DNA of 15,484 nucleotides from a virus (Duplodnaviria; Heunggongvirae; Uroviricota; Caudoviricetes), in the IMG/VR virus record IMGVR_UViG_3300039384_000089; one strand, given 5' to 3'. Position 1 is the first letter of the stretch; each line of letters opens with the position of its first letter. Position numbers and translations under genes: made by a program. The notes under the pieces are model-generated. The model was not told where the DNA came from, did not search any database, and saw only the letters and a list, made by a program, of their open reading frames with translations. Positions 15,146-15,484 of the stretch are shown here, piece after piece.

Positions 15146-15484
15146 GTGAAACTCAATGCCCGTCAAATAGACACTGCCAAGCCAAAAGAGAAGGCTTACA
15201 AGTTGGCTGATGGTGGTGGTCTGTACCTCCTGGTAAAACCTGGTGGAGGAGAATATTGGCGTCTCAAGTATCGTGTAGCTGGTAAAGAGAAGCTGTTAGC
15301 ACTAGGTGTGTATCCTGAGGTCACCTTAGCTGATGCTCCTGCAAAACTTGAAGAAGCTAAAAGAGGTATCTCTGGGGGAATCGATCTGATGGAAGTGAAG
15401 CGAGAGGAAAAGATTGCCCGGGAAACGCAGTTAAACAACACCTTCAAAGATATTGCCCTTGAGTGGCACAGTAACAAATTATAA
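15146..15484 (+). CDS. int: tyrosine integrase, P4/CP4-57-type N-terminal arm-binding domain; only 112 codons before an in-frame TAA at the window edge
   Basis: GTG start with GGAG upstream. Translation MKLNARQIDTAKPKEKAYKLADGGGLYLLVKPGGGEYWRLKYR... is the typical N-terminus of this integrase family. Stop is at 15482-15484, where full-length members run to about 400 aa. Confidence 0.75.
   Translation: MKLNARQIDTAKPKEKAYKLADGGGLYLLVKPGGGEYWRLKYRVAGKEKLLALGVYPEVTLADAPAKLEEAKRGISGGIDLMEVKREEKIARETQLNNTFKDIALEWHSNKL

Larger units (their letters stand above)
1..15484. mobile_element. P4-like satellite / integrative element segment (regulator - primase - iterons - cargo - integrase)
   Basis: Co-occurrence of an AlpA-type regulator, a translationally coupled small-gene array, a zinc-finger/TOPRIM/NTPase primase, iteron clusters and a P4-family integrase N-terminus. 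Element boundaries are not visible in the window. Confidence 0.7.

Noticed and set aside
15196-15477. 93-aa minus-strand ORF antisense to the integrase
   Set aside because: Antisense to a confidently recognised integrase N-terminus.

Overview
The window reads as a P4-like satellite or integrative element. It opens with an AlpA/Vis-type regulator (1-204), a 143-aa hypothetical and an antirepressor-like gene broken by a 94-nt N-run. An unusual leader (1645-2306) follows, with an intrinsic terminator, a promoter-like -10 and short direct repeats. Six small, translationally coupled genes (2307-3972) then lead into a 920-aa P4 alpha-like primase/helicase (3985-6747). Right after the primase sits an iteron cluster (3x GTTGGTTCA, AT-rich spacer, 3x TGAACCAAC), and a second copy lies about 6 kb away in inverted orientation, sharing a 44-bp perfect inverted repeat. 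The two clusters bracket a cargo segment. Its main feature is an operon with a LexA-like box upstream: a 57-aa RHH-like protein, a 488-aa protein and a 701-aa protein with a C-terminal Gly/Ala-rich hydrophobic hairpin, followed by a convergent gene for a small 4-TM membrane protein. I could not assign B or C to any family from sequence alone; this operon is my best candidate for the undescribed system (toxin/immunity-like or defence-like). The cargo also holds a palindrome-rich noncoding stretch with five AGTACGCGC repeats, a minus-strand pair (RHH regulator plus a 73-aa C-terminally anchored membrane protein) and a PerC-like regulator. Beyond it lie a pRiA4b ORF-3-like protein and a P4/CP4-57-type integrase N-terminus that stops at an in-frame TAA on the last three bases of the window. 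All family assignments are from reading the translations; no searches were run.
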